Source: an uncultured Desulfurococcaceae archaeon (lineage in GTDB: Archaea; Thermoproteota; Thermoprotei_A; Sulfolobales; NBVN01). From it: a DNA stretch of 62,956 nt. The DNA lies in NCBI GenBank assembly GCA_964636755.1, contig CAZWSU010000066.1, positions 1 through 62,956 of the forward strand, given 5' to 3'. Numbering within the stretch: the first letter of the stretch is position 1; every line of letters starts with the position of its first letter. The notes under the pieces were generated by a model. That model was not told where the DNA came from. It searched no databases and saw only the letters and a program-made list of their open reading frames with translations. Positions 1 through 7,842 of the stretch are shown piece after piece. The translations under genes and the position numbers were made by a program.

Positions 1-60
1 AAGGATGTTGTTGGAACGATCGCTTACTACGCTCACCTAGAGGGAAAGCGGATTGAGTAG
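1..60 (+). CDS. 3' end of an ORF truncated by the window edge (possibly the nucleotidyltransferase partner of the next HEPN gene)
   Basis: Frame 1 is open from the edge to TAG at 58-60 (KDVVGTIAYYAHLEGKRIE*). It overlaps the HEPN start by 8 nt, as in coupled two-gene modules. Too short to identify. Confidence 0.3.
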   Translation, partial: KDVVGTIAYYAHLEGKRIE

Positions 61-451
61 AGAAGAAATCGCTGAGAAATGGTTGAAGAAAGCCCTCGCA
101 GATCTAAGAGTAGCCGAGAAGCTCTTCGAGATTGGCGAGGAACCCTGGATCATAGCATTTCACGCGCAACAAGCCGTTGAGAAAGCACTAAAGGCATATC
201 TCATACTCCATGGCAAGCACTTTGGGAAGACACATAATTTATCTCAGCTCATAGATTTATGTAGCGAGATAGACCAAGAATTCCAACAACTACACGAGCT
301 CAGTATTGACGAGCTATACCCGCTAGCCGTAGGAGCAAGGTACCCAGATACGGGAATAGAAGTGACTATGGATGAAGTAAGAGAAGCGGTAGAGAAAGCC
401 GAGAAAGCCATAGCCTTCATCACAAGGAAGATCAAGCGCGAGAAAAACTAA
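53..451 (+). CDS. HEPN domain protein (HEPN-MNT module 1)
   Basis: 132-aa helical ORF with AQQAVEKALKAYL, GKTHNLSQL and ARYPD segments. The same three hallmarks recur in the other two HEPN ORFs of the window. Confidence 0.85.
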   Translation: MSREEIAEKWLKKALADLRVAEKLFEIGEEPWIIAFHAQQAVEKALKAYLILHGKHFGKTHNLSQLIDLCSEIDQEFQQLHELSIDELYPLAVGARYPDTGIEVTMDEVREAVEKAEKAIAFITRKIKREKN

Positions 452-466
452 GAGAATTCCAATTAG

Positions 467-541
467 CGGGCCCGCCGGGATTTGAACCCGGGACCTCCGG
501 CTCCGCAGGACGGCGCCCTATCCTGGCTAGGCCACGGGCCC
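467..541 (-). tRNA. tRNA-Arg (anticodon GCG)
   Basis: Hand-folded cloverleaf on the minus strand. Acceptor GGGCCCG/CGGGCCC; D stem GCCU/GGGC; anticodon loop CU-GCG-GA; variable loop AGGUC; T arm CCGGG-UUCAAAU-CCCGG; discriminator G. 75 nt, no intron, no encoded CCA. TATA-like ATAAAAA lies about 25 nt upstream. Confidence 0.85.
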
Positions 542-648
542 GTGTCTTAAGTGTTTCTTTGTTTTTATGTGTTTTCCAACTCAATTAGTTTATATTGAAT
601 TATTTTGGTGAGAAGTTATTTAGTGTTACCCCGTACTAGATTTTAGGG

Positions 649-3459
649 TTGGGTATGCCTAGAAATAGTGGGAGGCGTAACTCTGCTGGAGGTCCTCCTA
701 GGAGCGGTTCTAAGAAACTCACTGATTTTGTTAAGAGTGTCCCTAGGGAGAGTCGAGAGGTCTCCGTAGCTTCAGATAAGCTTAGCTCTTCAGGTAGTGG
801 GATTTCAGATTCTGTCGAACCTCCTGCTAGGAAGCCTGATTCCGTCGCGGTGGTCGGGGGTGTTGAATTTGTTGTTTTCTTGAGTTCTATGAGGTCTTCT
901 ACGTACGCGGAGACCCTCAATAACGTCGAGTTTGTTGATGAGGTTCCTGAATCATACTTGCTCGGCTCGTACTATAGTGGGGAGCTTAAGAAAGCTTACT
1001 TGAAGTTTTACGACGACTCTAGCAACAAGACTTACGTGTGGGTTGATAAGACAGGGCATATGCCCTACTTCCTAACCAACACTCCGCCAAACGAGTTGGA
1101 TCAGAAGATAGTTAAGGATAAGTCTTTCGAGAAGGTTGAGATAGTTGAGAAGTACGACCTGCTGAGAGGTAGGGAGGTATCGCTAACTAAGATAGTCGTT
1201 AAAGATCCTCTCGCAGTCCCTCGAATGCGTGGTTTAGTGACGAATGCGTGGGAAGCTAACATAAAATACCATGACTGCTACGTATTCGATAATAAACTCC
1301 TGCCAGGCATGAAGTACAGGATAAACGGCAGGGGAATCACCTTAATACAGCCTAAGCTGGGGGAGGATGTTCTAAGCCTCTACAAGAAAGTCGTTGAGGA
1401 CGAGGAGGAACTCCTAGAACTAGCTCTTAGGATGGCACCCTTATTCGAGGAGAAGCCCCCCAAGATGAAGAGGTTAGCCATAGACATAGAGGTCTATACC
1501 CCGACCAGGCTCAGAATACCTGACCCCTCACACGCGAACTACCCAATAATAAGCGTGGCTCTAGCAAGCACTGATGGTTTGAGGAAGATCTTAATAACGT
1601 TCAGGGAGGGGATGAGTGTTGAGAACGTCGAGAAATTAAGTAGTCTTAACGCTGAGGTCGAGATATTTGATAGTGAGAGAGCCTTAATCCTAGAATTATT
1701 TAGGATAATGAATAACTACCCTCTAATCATAACTTTTAACGGGGACGGATTCGACCTACCATACATATATAACAGGGCTTTAGTTCTGGGCATAGACCCT
1801 GCCTACATACCTATAGAAGAGGTAAGAGACTTCGTTAGCGTTAGACACGGCTTCCACATAGACCTCTACAAATTCTTCAGCATTGAGGCTATACAGAACT
1901 ATGCGTTCAGCCAAGCGTATAAGGAGAAAACCTTGGACGCGATAGCTCAAGCTCTCCTAGGCGAGACTAAAGTCGCTATCGACGTGAGCGTTAGCGACTT
2001 ACCGCTTGATAAGCTAGCGGAGTATAATATGAAGGACGCCGAGTTATCGCTCACGCTAACAACATTCAATAACGAGCTCGTGTGGAAACTCATGGTCTTA
2101 ATAATGCGTTTAGCTAAGATGTCTCTAGAAGACGTTACGAGACGTAAGGTCTCCGCGTGGGTTAAGAACCTGATGTACTGGGAACACAGAAGAAATAATT
2201 ACTTAATCCCTGAGAGGGAAGAGCTGAAGAGGCTGAAAGGTGAGGTAAAGACAGCTGCTAAGATAGGTGGTAAGAGGTACGCTGGCGCCATAGTGATAGA
2301 CCCGATACCGGGGGTTTACTTCAACGTGGTGGTTCTGGACTTCGCTTCCCTATATCCGAGCATAATTAAGGTATGGAACCTTAGTTACGAGACTATAGAC
2401 CCTCCTGAAGGGTGGTGCAGAGATAATAAATTACTGAACGTAATCGATGAGAAGGGTGAGGTGCTGCATAAGGTCTGCGTGTCCAGGAAGGGAATAACGT
2501 CAACCCTAGTCGGTTTGTTAAGAGATTTCAGGGTGAGGGTTTACAAGAGACTTGCTAAGCAAGCGAAGGAAGAGGAGATCAAGAACTGGTACGACGTCGT
2601 CCAGAAAGCTCTTAAGGTGTACGTCAACGCTAGCTACGGCGTCTTCGGTCACGAATCATTCCCGTTCTACACACCTTCGCTAGCTGAGTCCGTAACTGCT
2701 CTCGGGAGGTACGTCATAACGAAAACACTCTCTAAAGCTGAGGAGCTGGGACTCAGAGTTATTTACGGGGATACTGATTCCCTCTTCATATGGAGTCCTG
2801 ACCCCAACGCCTTAAGTAAGCTTAGCGAGTGGGTTGAGAAGGAACTATCTCTAGAGATAGAGCAAGACAAGACCTACAAGTACGTGGCATTCGCTCTCAA
2901 GAAAAACTACGTCGGGGTTTCAGAGAACGGCAAGATCGACGTAAAGGGTCTCGTAGGTAAGAAGAAGAACGTACCTAAAATACTTCAAGACTCTTTCACA
3001 AGAATTCTAGAATTGATTAGCAGTATAGAGGGTACTGCTGAATCACTAGAGGAAGTGAAGAATAAGATAAGGCAGGAGGTCAGGGAACTCTACGTGAGAC
3101 TCAAGAACAAGGACTTCACGTTGGATGACGTAGTATTCAAGACTACGTTAAGTAAGGACTTGGAGGACTACGTCAAGACAACACCTATTCACGTCAAAGC
3201 AGCAATCCATCTTAAGAGGCACGGAATACCTGTGGAGAAAGGCGTTACCATACTGTACGTGAAGGTCAGGAAGTCCGGCGGTGTCAAGCCTGTTCAGCTA
3301 GCTAAGATAGATGAGGTAGACATAGCTGAATACTTGAAAACAGCTAAATCGACGTTCCAGCAACTGCTAATGCCGTTCAATATTTCCTGGGAGGAGGTTG
3401 CTGGAGGGATAGGATTAACGTACTTCACTACGAGCAATAACTCCGCCAACACTCTCTAA
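649..3459 (+). CDS. polB1: Family B DNA polymerase, crenarchaeal PolB1 (Dpo1) type
   Basis: All exonuclease and polymerase motifs are present: Exo I AIDIEVYT, Exo II FNGDGFDLPYIY, Exo III YNMKDAEL, Pol A LDFASLYPSII, Pol B KVYVNASYGVFG, Pol C YGDTDSLF. Blocks I recall from Sulfolobus Dpo1 are also present (TGHxPYFL, LTKIVVxDPLAV, WVKNLxYWEHR, GLLRDFRV, KPVQLAK). The start is uncertain (TTG 649, ATG 655 or ATG 889). No intein. Confidence 0.93.
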   Translation: MGMPRNSGRRNSAGGPPRSGSKKLTDFVKSVPRESREVSVASDKLSSSGSGISDSVEPPARKPDSVAVVGGVEFVVFLSSMRSSTYAETLNNVEFVDEVPESYLLGSYYSGELKKAYLKFYDDSSNKTYVWVDKTGHMPYFLTNTPPNELDQKIVKDKSFEKVEIVEKYDLLRGREVSLTKIVVKDPLAVPRMRGLVTNAWEANIKYHDCYVFDNKLLPGMKYRINGRGITLIQPKLGEDVLSLYKKVVEDEEELLELALRMAPLFEEKPPKMKRLAIDIEVYTPTRLRIPDPSHANYPIISVALASTDGLRKILITFREGMSVENVEKLSSLNAEVEIFDSERALILELFRIMNNYPLIITFNGDGFDLPYIYNRALVLGIDPAYIPIEEVRDFVSVRHGFHIDLYKFFSIEAIQNYAFSQAYKEKTLDAIAQALLGETKVAIDVSVSDLPLDKLAEYNMKDAELSLTLTTFNNELVWKLMVLIMRLAKMSLEDVTRRKVSAWVKNLMYWEHRRNNYLIPEREELKRLKGEVKTAAKIGGKRYAGAIVIDPIPGVYFNVVVLDFASLYPSIIKVWNLSYETIDPPEGWCRDNKLLNVIDEKGEVLHKVCVSRKGITSTLVGLLRDFRVRVYKRLAKQAKEEEIKNWYDVVQKALKVYVNASYGVFGHESFPFYTPSLAESVTALGRYVITKTLSKAEELGLRVIYGDTDSLFIWSPDPNALSKLSEWVEKELSLEIEQDKTYKYVAFALKKNYVGVSENGKIDVKGLVGKKKNVPKILQDSFTRILELISSIEGTAESLEEVKNKIRQEVRELYVRLKNKDFTLDDVVFKTTLSKDLEDYVKTTPIHVKAAIHLKRHGIPVEKGVTILYVKVRKSGGVKPVQLAKIDEVDIAEYLKTAKSTFQQLLMPFNISWEEVAGGIGLTYFTTSNNSANTL

Positions 3460-4230
3460 ACCCTTCTTAAGCTCTTCTAAGACTTCATCAGCTGTTTCCT
3501 CAGCCGTACTTAAGTCATCACTGAATACCTGTACGTAAACCTCGAGTAGGGGGGCGCTTATCTCATGCCCCTTAGGATGTGTTTTTATGTAGGTATTATC
3601 GTACTTACGCAGTATTTCCTTAACAATCTTAGCCGCGGAAGACTCAGGAACTCCTGAAACGATGAAAGATCTTTCAGCGAAGACCCTCCTCACACCAAGC
3701 TGCCTTAATTTCGGCTCAACGTATGATTCCCACATACTCTCAAGTTCTCTCGGAACCCCGGGCAACGAGATAATTAAGGTCTCCCCGCTCCTCACCATAC
3801 ATCCGGGGGCCGTGCCTACGTTATTAGGTATTACCTCACCGCCCTCAGGCATGTAAGCCATCTTAACTCTCTCAGGGGTTAGAGGGAGTTTCAAGACATC
3901 GTATTTCTCCTTAATACTTTTCAGAGCTTCCTCGTTAAGACGTAGCTCAACCCTTAAAGCTTTAGCTAACGCTTCTAGAGTTACGTCATCGTATGTCGGC
4001 CCCAGACCCCCGGTAGTCACTAATAAGTCTGGCTTGCTGGTCAGAACGTAGGATATAAGCTCCGATATGAGCTTAACGTCATCAATTAATGATATGACTC
4101 CTAACACGTTGAAGCCGAGTAACGTGAGTCTCCTGCCGAGGTATGCTGCGTTAGTGTTCACTACCCTACCACTCACTACCTCAGTACCTAACGTGAATAT
4201 CCAGGCTTTCCAAGACCTCATACCACACAC
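3415..4230 (-). CDS. CinA-like molybdopterin-binding (MoCF) domain protein
   Basis: Contains GTEVVSGRVVNTNA, TTGGLGPTYDDVT, NNVGTAPG and LPGVPRE, which match the CinA N-terminal / MoCF-biosynthesis domain signature. The likely ATG start is at 4221. The 3' end overlaps polB1 convergently by 45 nt. Confidence 0.8.
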   Translation of the reverse strand: MCGMRSWKAWIFTLGTEVVSGRVVNTNAAYLGRRLTLLGFNVLGVISLIDDVKLISELISYVLTSKPDLLVTTGGLGPTYDDVTLEALAKALRVELRLNEEALKSIKEKYDVLKLPLTPERVKMAYMPEGGEVIPNNVGTAPGCMVRSGETLIISLPGVPRELESMWESYVEPKLRQLGVRRVFAERSFIVSGVPESSAAKIVKEILRKYDNTYIKTHPKGHEISAPLLEVYVQVFSDDLSTAEETADEVLEELKKGLESVGGVIARSEVR

Positions 4231-4288
4231 CCAACTAATGTCAATATCGTGACGAATATTTTTTAAGTACTTAACTGAGTAATTATAG

Positions 4289-5572
4289 GTGTTTTACATG
4301 GTCACAGTTAAGGAACTCGCGAGAGTAATCGAGTCTTACAGGGATGAGATGGTTAATACGTTAATGAGCTTGATTGAGGTTCCCGCCATAGGACCTGATA
4401 ACGGCGGTGAGGGGGAGTTAGATAAAGCATTAAGGCTTCAGGAATTAATTCGTGAGTGGTCCTTCGACAGAGTTGAACGTATTGACGTGCCTGACCAGAG
4501 AGCTAAGGGTGGTGTCAGACCTAATGTACTAGCGTATTATTATGGGGAGGCTGGTGCGGATTCCCCGAGGCTCTGGATACTCACCCACCTAGACGTGGTA
4601 CCGCCCGGCGACCTCAGTCAGTGGACTGTTACGGAACCCTTCAAACCGTTAGTTAGGGAGGGGAAGGTCTACGGGAGGGGCAGTGAAGATAACGGTCAGA
4701 GCATGGTTGCTTCACTATACGCTGTTAAAGCCTTAATGAGTTTGGGGGTTAGACCTAAGAGAACGGTCGTATTAGCTTTCGTTAGTGACGAGGAAACTGG
4801 AAGTAGGTATGGTTTGGGCTGGTTGGTTAAGGAACGCCCGGATCTCTTTAGGAAGGAAGACTTGGTGTTAGTTCCTGACGCAGGGAATAGTGAGGGGACA
4901 TTCGTTGAAGTCGCGGAGAAAAGTATTTTGTGGTTTAGAGTGAGGGTGAGAGGTAAGCAAGTCCATGCTAGTATGCCGCACCTAGGCTTTAACCCAAACA
5001 ATGTGCTACCTGAGTACGTTAACACTTTATGTAGGGTGCTTCACGAGAAATACTCGTTGAGGGATGACCTATACGAGCCGCCGACAAGCACTTTCGAACC
5101 CACGATGTGGAAGAGCACTAGCAACGCACCAAACATAATACCCGGTGAATGCGAGGTTGTCTTTGATTGTAGGATACTCCCTAATTACAATCTCGACGAC
5201 ATACTAAACGATGCGGAAAGCATGGCTAAGGAACTCGAGAGTAGGTATGGTAGGTTAGTGGGTGGGGAAAGACTCCCCGTAATCAAGGTTGAGGTAGTTG
5301 AGAGGCTTGACGCACCGCCCCCAACACGACCCGACAGCTTAATAGTCAAGTTACTCGTGAGAGCCGTGAGAGAGTTGAGAGGGAAAGAACCTAAGATTGG
5401 TGGCATAGGTGGTGGAACGTTTGCCGCTTACTTTAGGAGACTAGGTATCCCGGCAGTCGTATGGTCTACGATAGATGAGACAGCGCACCAACCTAACGAG
5501 TACTCCAAGATAGATAACATGGTTGAGGATTCTAAGGTTATGGCAGCATTAACAATACTTGAAGAGGGGTAG
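4289..5572 (+). CDS. M20 family metallopeptidase (ArgE/DapE-like deacylase)
   Basis: M20 metal-ligand blocks THLDVVPPGD, GRGSEDNGQS and SDEETGS. 427 aa. The likely ATG start is at 4298. Confidence 0.85.
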   Translation: MFYMVTVKELARVIESYRDEMVNTLMSLIEVPAIGPDNGGEGELDKALRLQELIREWSFDRVERIDVPDQRAKGGVRPNVLAYYYGEAGADSPRLWILTHLDVVPPGDLSQWTVTEPFKPLVREGKVYGRGSEDNGQSMVASLYAVKALMSLGVRPKRTVVLAFVSDEETGSRYGLGWLVKERPDLFRKEDLVLVPDAGNSEGTFVEVAEKSILWFRVRVRGKQVHASMPHLGFNPNNVLPEYVNTLCRVLHEKYSLRDDLYEPPTSTFEPTMWKSTSNAPNIIPGECEVVFDCRILPNYNLDDILNDAESMAKELESRYGRLVGGERLPVIKVEVVERLDAPPPTRPDSLIVKLLVRAVRELRGKEPKIGGIGGGTFAAYFRRLGIPAVVWSTIDETAHQPNEYSKIDNMVEDSKVMAALTILEEG

Positions 5573-5918
5573 GCCGAAGGTGAGCGCCGCCGGGTCTGGC
5601 AAGTTTTTCTTATTCTTCGTCACCGGACCCGAGAATGATATGAAAGAACTAAGTAAGAGATTAGTTGAGGAAAGACTTGCTGCTTGCGTTAACGTGATCG
5701 ACAAGATTAAGTCTGTTTATTGGTGGGAGGGCAGGATTAGTGAAGACGCTGAGTCTTTATTGATAATTAAGACGGAATCTAGTAAGGTTCAAGAACTAAT
5801 AGAATTTGTGAGACGTAATCACCCGTATAAAGTACCTGAAGTGATAGGGATAGAGGTAAGTGTTGGTAATCCCGAATACCTTAACTGGGTACTCGAGTCC
5901 TTGTCAAGCAAAATATAA
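5559..5918 (+). CDS. cutA: CutA divalent-cation tolerance protein
   Basis: Contains RLAACVNVI..SVYWWEGRI..E.LLIIKT and a KVPEVIGI tail typical of CutA1. The start is ambiguous (TTG 5559 or GTG 5580). Confidence 0.85.
   Translation: MKRGRPKVSAAGSGKFFLFFVTGPENDMKELSKRLVEERLAACVNVIDKIKSVYWWEGRISEDAESLLIIKTESSKVQELIEFVRRNHPYKVPEVIGIEVSVGNPEYLNWVLESLSSKI
5911..5918 (+). promoter_or_regulatory. TATA-like box (AAATATAA) positioned for the downstream C/D box sRNA
   Basis: An A/T octamer lies about 25-28 nt upstream of the predicted sRNA 5' end at about 5938. It overlaps the cutA stop codon. Confidence 0.35.
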
Positions 5919-5937
5919 GGGAAATTAACGAGATATT

Positions 5938-5998
5938 GTTTAGATGATGAGGGCAGGTATTTCGGATACGTGACGAGTGACACCGGATCTGACTAACA
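5938..5998 (+). ncRNA. C/D box sRNA (2'-O-methylation guide)
   Basis: Canonical layout read directly. C box AUGAUGA 5944-5950; 12-nt guide GGGCAGGUAUUU; D' CGGA 5963-5966; 3-nt spacer; C' GUGACGA 5970-5976; 12-nt guide GUGACACCGGAU; D CUGA 5989-5992. A closing stem UUAG/CUAA flanks the boxes. Intergenic, with no ORF. Confidence 0.8.
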
Positions 5999-6044
5999 TT
6001 AATGGTTTAAAGAATTACGTAATTATCTAGTTTGAGGGTTTAGG

Positions 6045-6824
6045 TTGATTAACGTAGGAGATTTAGTGTTGGTGTACGTGGATGAGAGAAGATCTAAGAT
6101 TGTTAAAGTAGTTAGGGGTAAGACTCTACACACTGATAGAGGGTATTTGAAACTCGATGATTTAATAGGTCTTGAGTGGGGGTCTAGGGTCAGATTAAGT
6201 ACTGGTGTCACAGCGTACGTCCTGAAGCCTACGCTAGTGGATCTAATGTTTAAGTATTTTAAGAGGGTCACGCAAGTAATATACCCTAAGGACTTAGCTT
6301 ACATGGTGATTCAGTCAGGTATTGGGGAAGGGTCTAGAGTGGCTGAAGCAGGGGTAGGTACGGGCTTCCTGACAGCTCTTATAGCTTGGGTCGTGGGTTC
6401 CAGCGGTCACGTCTACGGCTACGAAATCAATAAAGACTATATAGACATAGCAACAAAAAACTTAGAGGTAGCAGGACTCTCTAGCAGGGTAACAATAAAG
6501 AATAAGGACGTTACGCAAGGAATTGAGGAACACGAATTAGACGCGCTCTTCCTTGACATACCTAACCCGTGGGACGTCTTCCCACACCTACAGAACTCCC
6601 TAAAGTCTTCAGGTAGTGTGGTAATATTCGTTCCAACAGTAAATCAAGTAATAAAAACGCTGAATCACATTAAAGAATTCAAGAAGCTTGTTAACGTTAA
6701 CATATCAGAAATAATGCTGAGAGAGTATCAAGTAAGCCACGAAGCCCTCAGACCTAAATCAATTGGGGTGACACACACAGGCTACATAATTACGTCTCGC
6801 TTCGTTAAAGAAACTTCTGACTAA
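6045..6824 (+). CDS. trmI: tRNA (adenine-N1)-methyltransferase TrmI (GCD14 family)
   Basis: N-terminal beta domain, then VIYPKDLAYMV and the SAM motif AEAGVGTGFLT, then LDIPNPWD. This architecture is typical of the m1A57/58 methyltransferase. Confidence 0.85.
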   Translation: MINVGDLVLVYVDERRSKIVKVVRGKTLHTDRGYLKLDDLIGLEWGSRVRLSTGVTAYVLKPTLVDLMFKYFKRVTQVIYPKDLAYMVIQSGIGEGSRVAEAGVGTGFLTALIAWVVGSSGHVYGYEINKDYIDIATKNLEVAGLSSRVTIKNKDVTQGIEEHELDALFLDIPNPWDVFPHLQNSLKSSGSVVIFVPTVNQVIKTLNHIKEFKKLVNVNISEIMLREYQVSHEALRPKSIGVTHTGYIITSRFVKETSD

Positions 6825-6852
6825 TCCGTCGCGAGAAGATCTTCAGAACCCC

Positions 6853-7770
6853 CTAATGTTTGTGAGTAAAGCGTCTCGCCATGAATACGCCTGCTAATCC
6901 CCACACTAAAGTCGCTAAACATAATATTAGGGGGGTCGCGAAAGCTGTTTGAGGGTACGTACCCCTAGGCGTGAACTCTATCCTCAAGTAACTAAAGGTT
7001 CCTGTTGGGTTAGGTGTTGAGGAGAATAAGTAAATCAGTAATTGCTTGCCGGGAGTCTCATAAAAAGCGGTATTATAGGTTACTTCAGGAATTCCGGTCC
7101 TGTTCAAAACCATTAATGCCAGCGCGTTCTTAACTCTTAACTCTGCGTTTACTAAGGTAATACTGCTAAAGCTATCCTTAAATAAGTAGGCATAACCTAA
7201 CGCGTTCAAGAAAGGTTCTTTAAGACTCGTGAAATTCAGTGAGTTAAGCTCCCTAACTATCTTTGAAGTCTTGTATACGTATCCTAACTCACGACCTGCG
7301 TTAACGTATGGCACGAGAGAAATTGTTGTTGCAAGCACGATGAGGAAGAACCCTAGCACGAACAAGGATAGAACACGTGATGCTGAGTGGATCTTCTTCA
7401 TCAGTAATCTAGAGATTAAAGCATAAAAAGCTGTTGAGAAGACTGTGAGAGCCGCTACGTAATAGTTGTAACCTCGCGCAACAACTACGGCGTAGCCGGA
7501 GGGGTACTCATCAAGTATCACAGACGTGGTAAACCCTTTGCACACGGTTAAGATAGTTACGTTATTTCTTAAATCGACTACGCCAATACCTATCGTTGAT
7601 TTAGGATACCACTCACTCGCTAACACAGGTTTATTAAGTGGGAAAACCCAGTTATAAGAAGTGCTATAATCGACGTAAACTACGTAGGAAGATACACTTA
7701 CCAAGAACACTAAAGAAATGATCCATACAAGATCTTTGAAGGTAAGCTTAATCATAACTTGCCTTTCCAC
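6853..7770 (-). CDS. Membrane protein of unknown function (N- and C-terminal TM helices, basic tail)
   Basis: 305-aa ORF with several hydrophobic segments and the C-terminal tail TYPQTAFATPLILCLATLVWGLAGVFMARRFTHKH. It lies directly downstream of the stalk-protein gene on the same strand. Confidence 0.5.
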   Translation of the reverse strand: MERQVMIKLTFKDLVWIISLVFLVSVSSYVVYVDYSTSYNWVFPLNKPVLASEWYPKSTIGIGVVDLRNNVTILTVCKGFTTSVILDEYPSGYAVVVARGYNYYVAALTVFSTAFYALISRLLMKKIHSASRVLSLFVLGFFLIVLATTISLVPYVNAGRELGYVYKTSKIVRELNSLNFTSLKEPFLNALGYAYLFKDSFSSITLVNAELRVKNALALMVLNRTGIPEVTYNTAFYETPGKQLLIYLFSSTPNPTGTFSYLRIEFTPRGTYPQTAFATPLILCLATLVWGLAGVFMARRFTHKH

Positions 7771-7842
7771 ACATACCCACCTAACTTACTACATGAGAAG
7801 AAAGTTATTTAAGAAAAATAAAAATAGTGTAGTTTAATTATT

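Noticed and set aside
636-920. 94-aa minus-strand ORF, plus many other 60-110-aa ORFs nested in larger genes (e.g. 244-435, 3662-3856, 4067-4252, 4696-5025, 8327-8641, 15028-15363, 16934-17227, 25061-25324, 26677-26967, 58219-58422, 58633-58857)
   Set aside because: All of them overlap longer ORFs that have recognisable family motifs on the opposite strand or in another frame. None has a motif or independent expression signals.
649-3459. Possible intein or mobile insertion in the polymerase gene
   Set aside because: The length (936 aa including the N-terminal extension) and the uninterrupted spacing of the Exo I-III and Pol A-C motifs leave no room for an intein.
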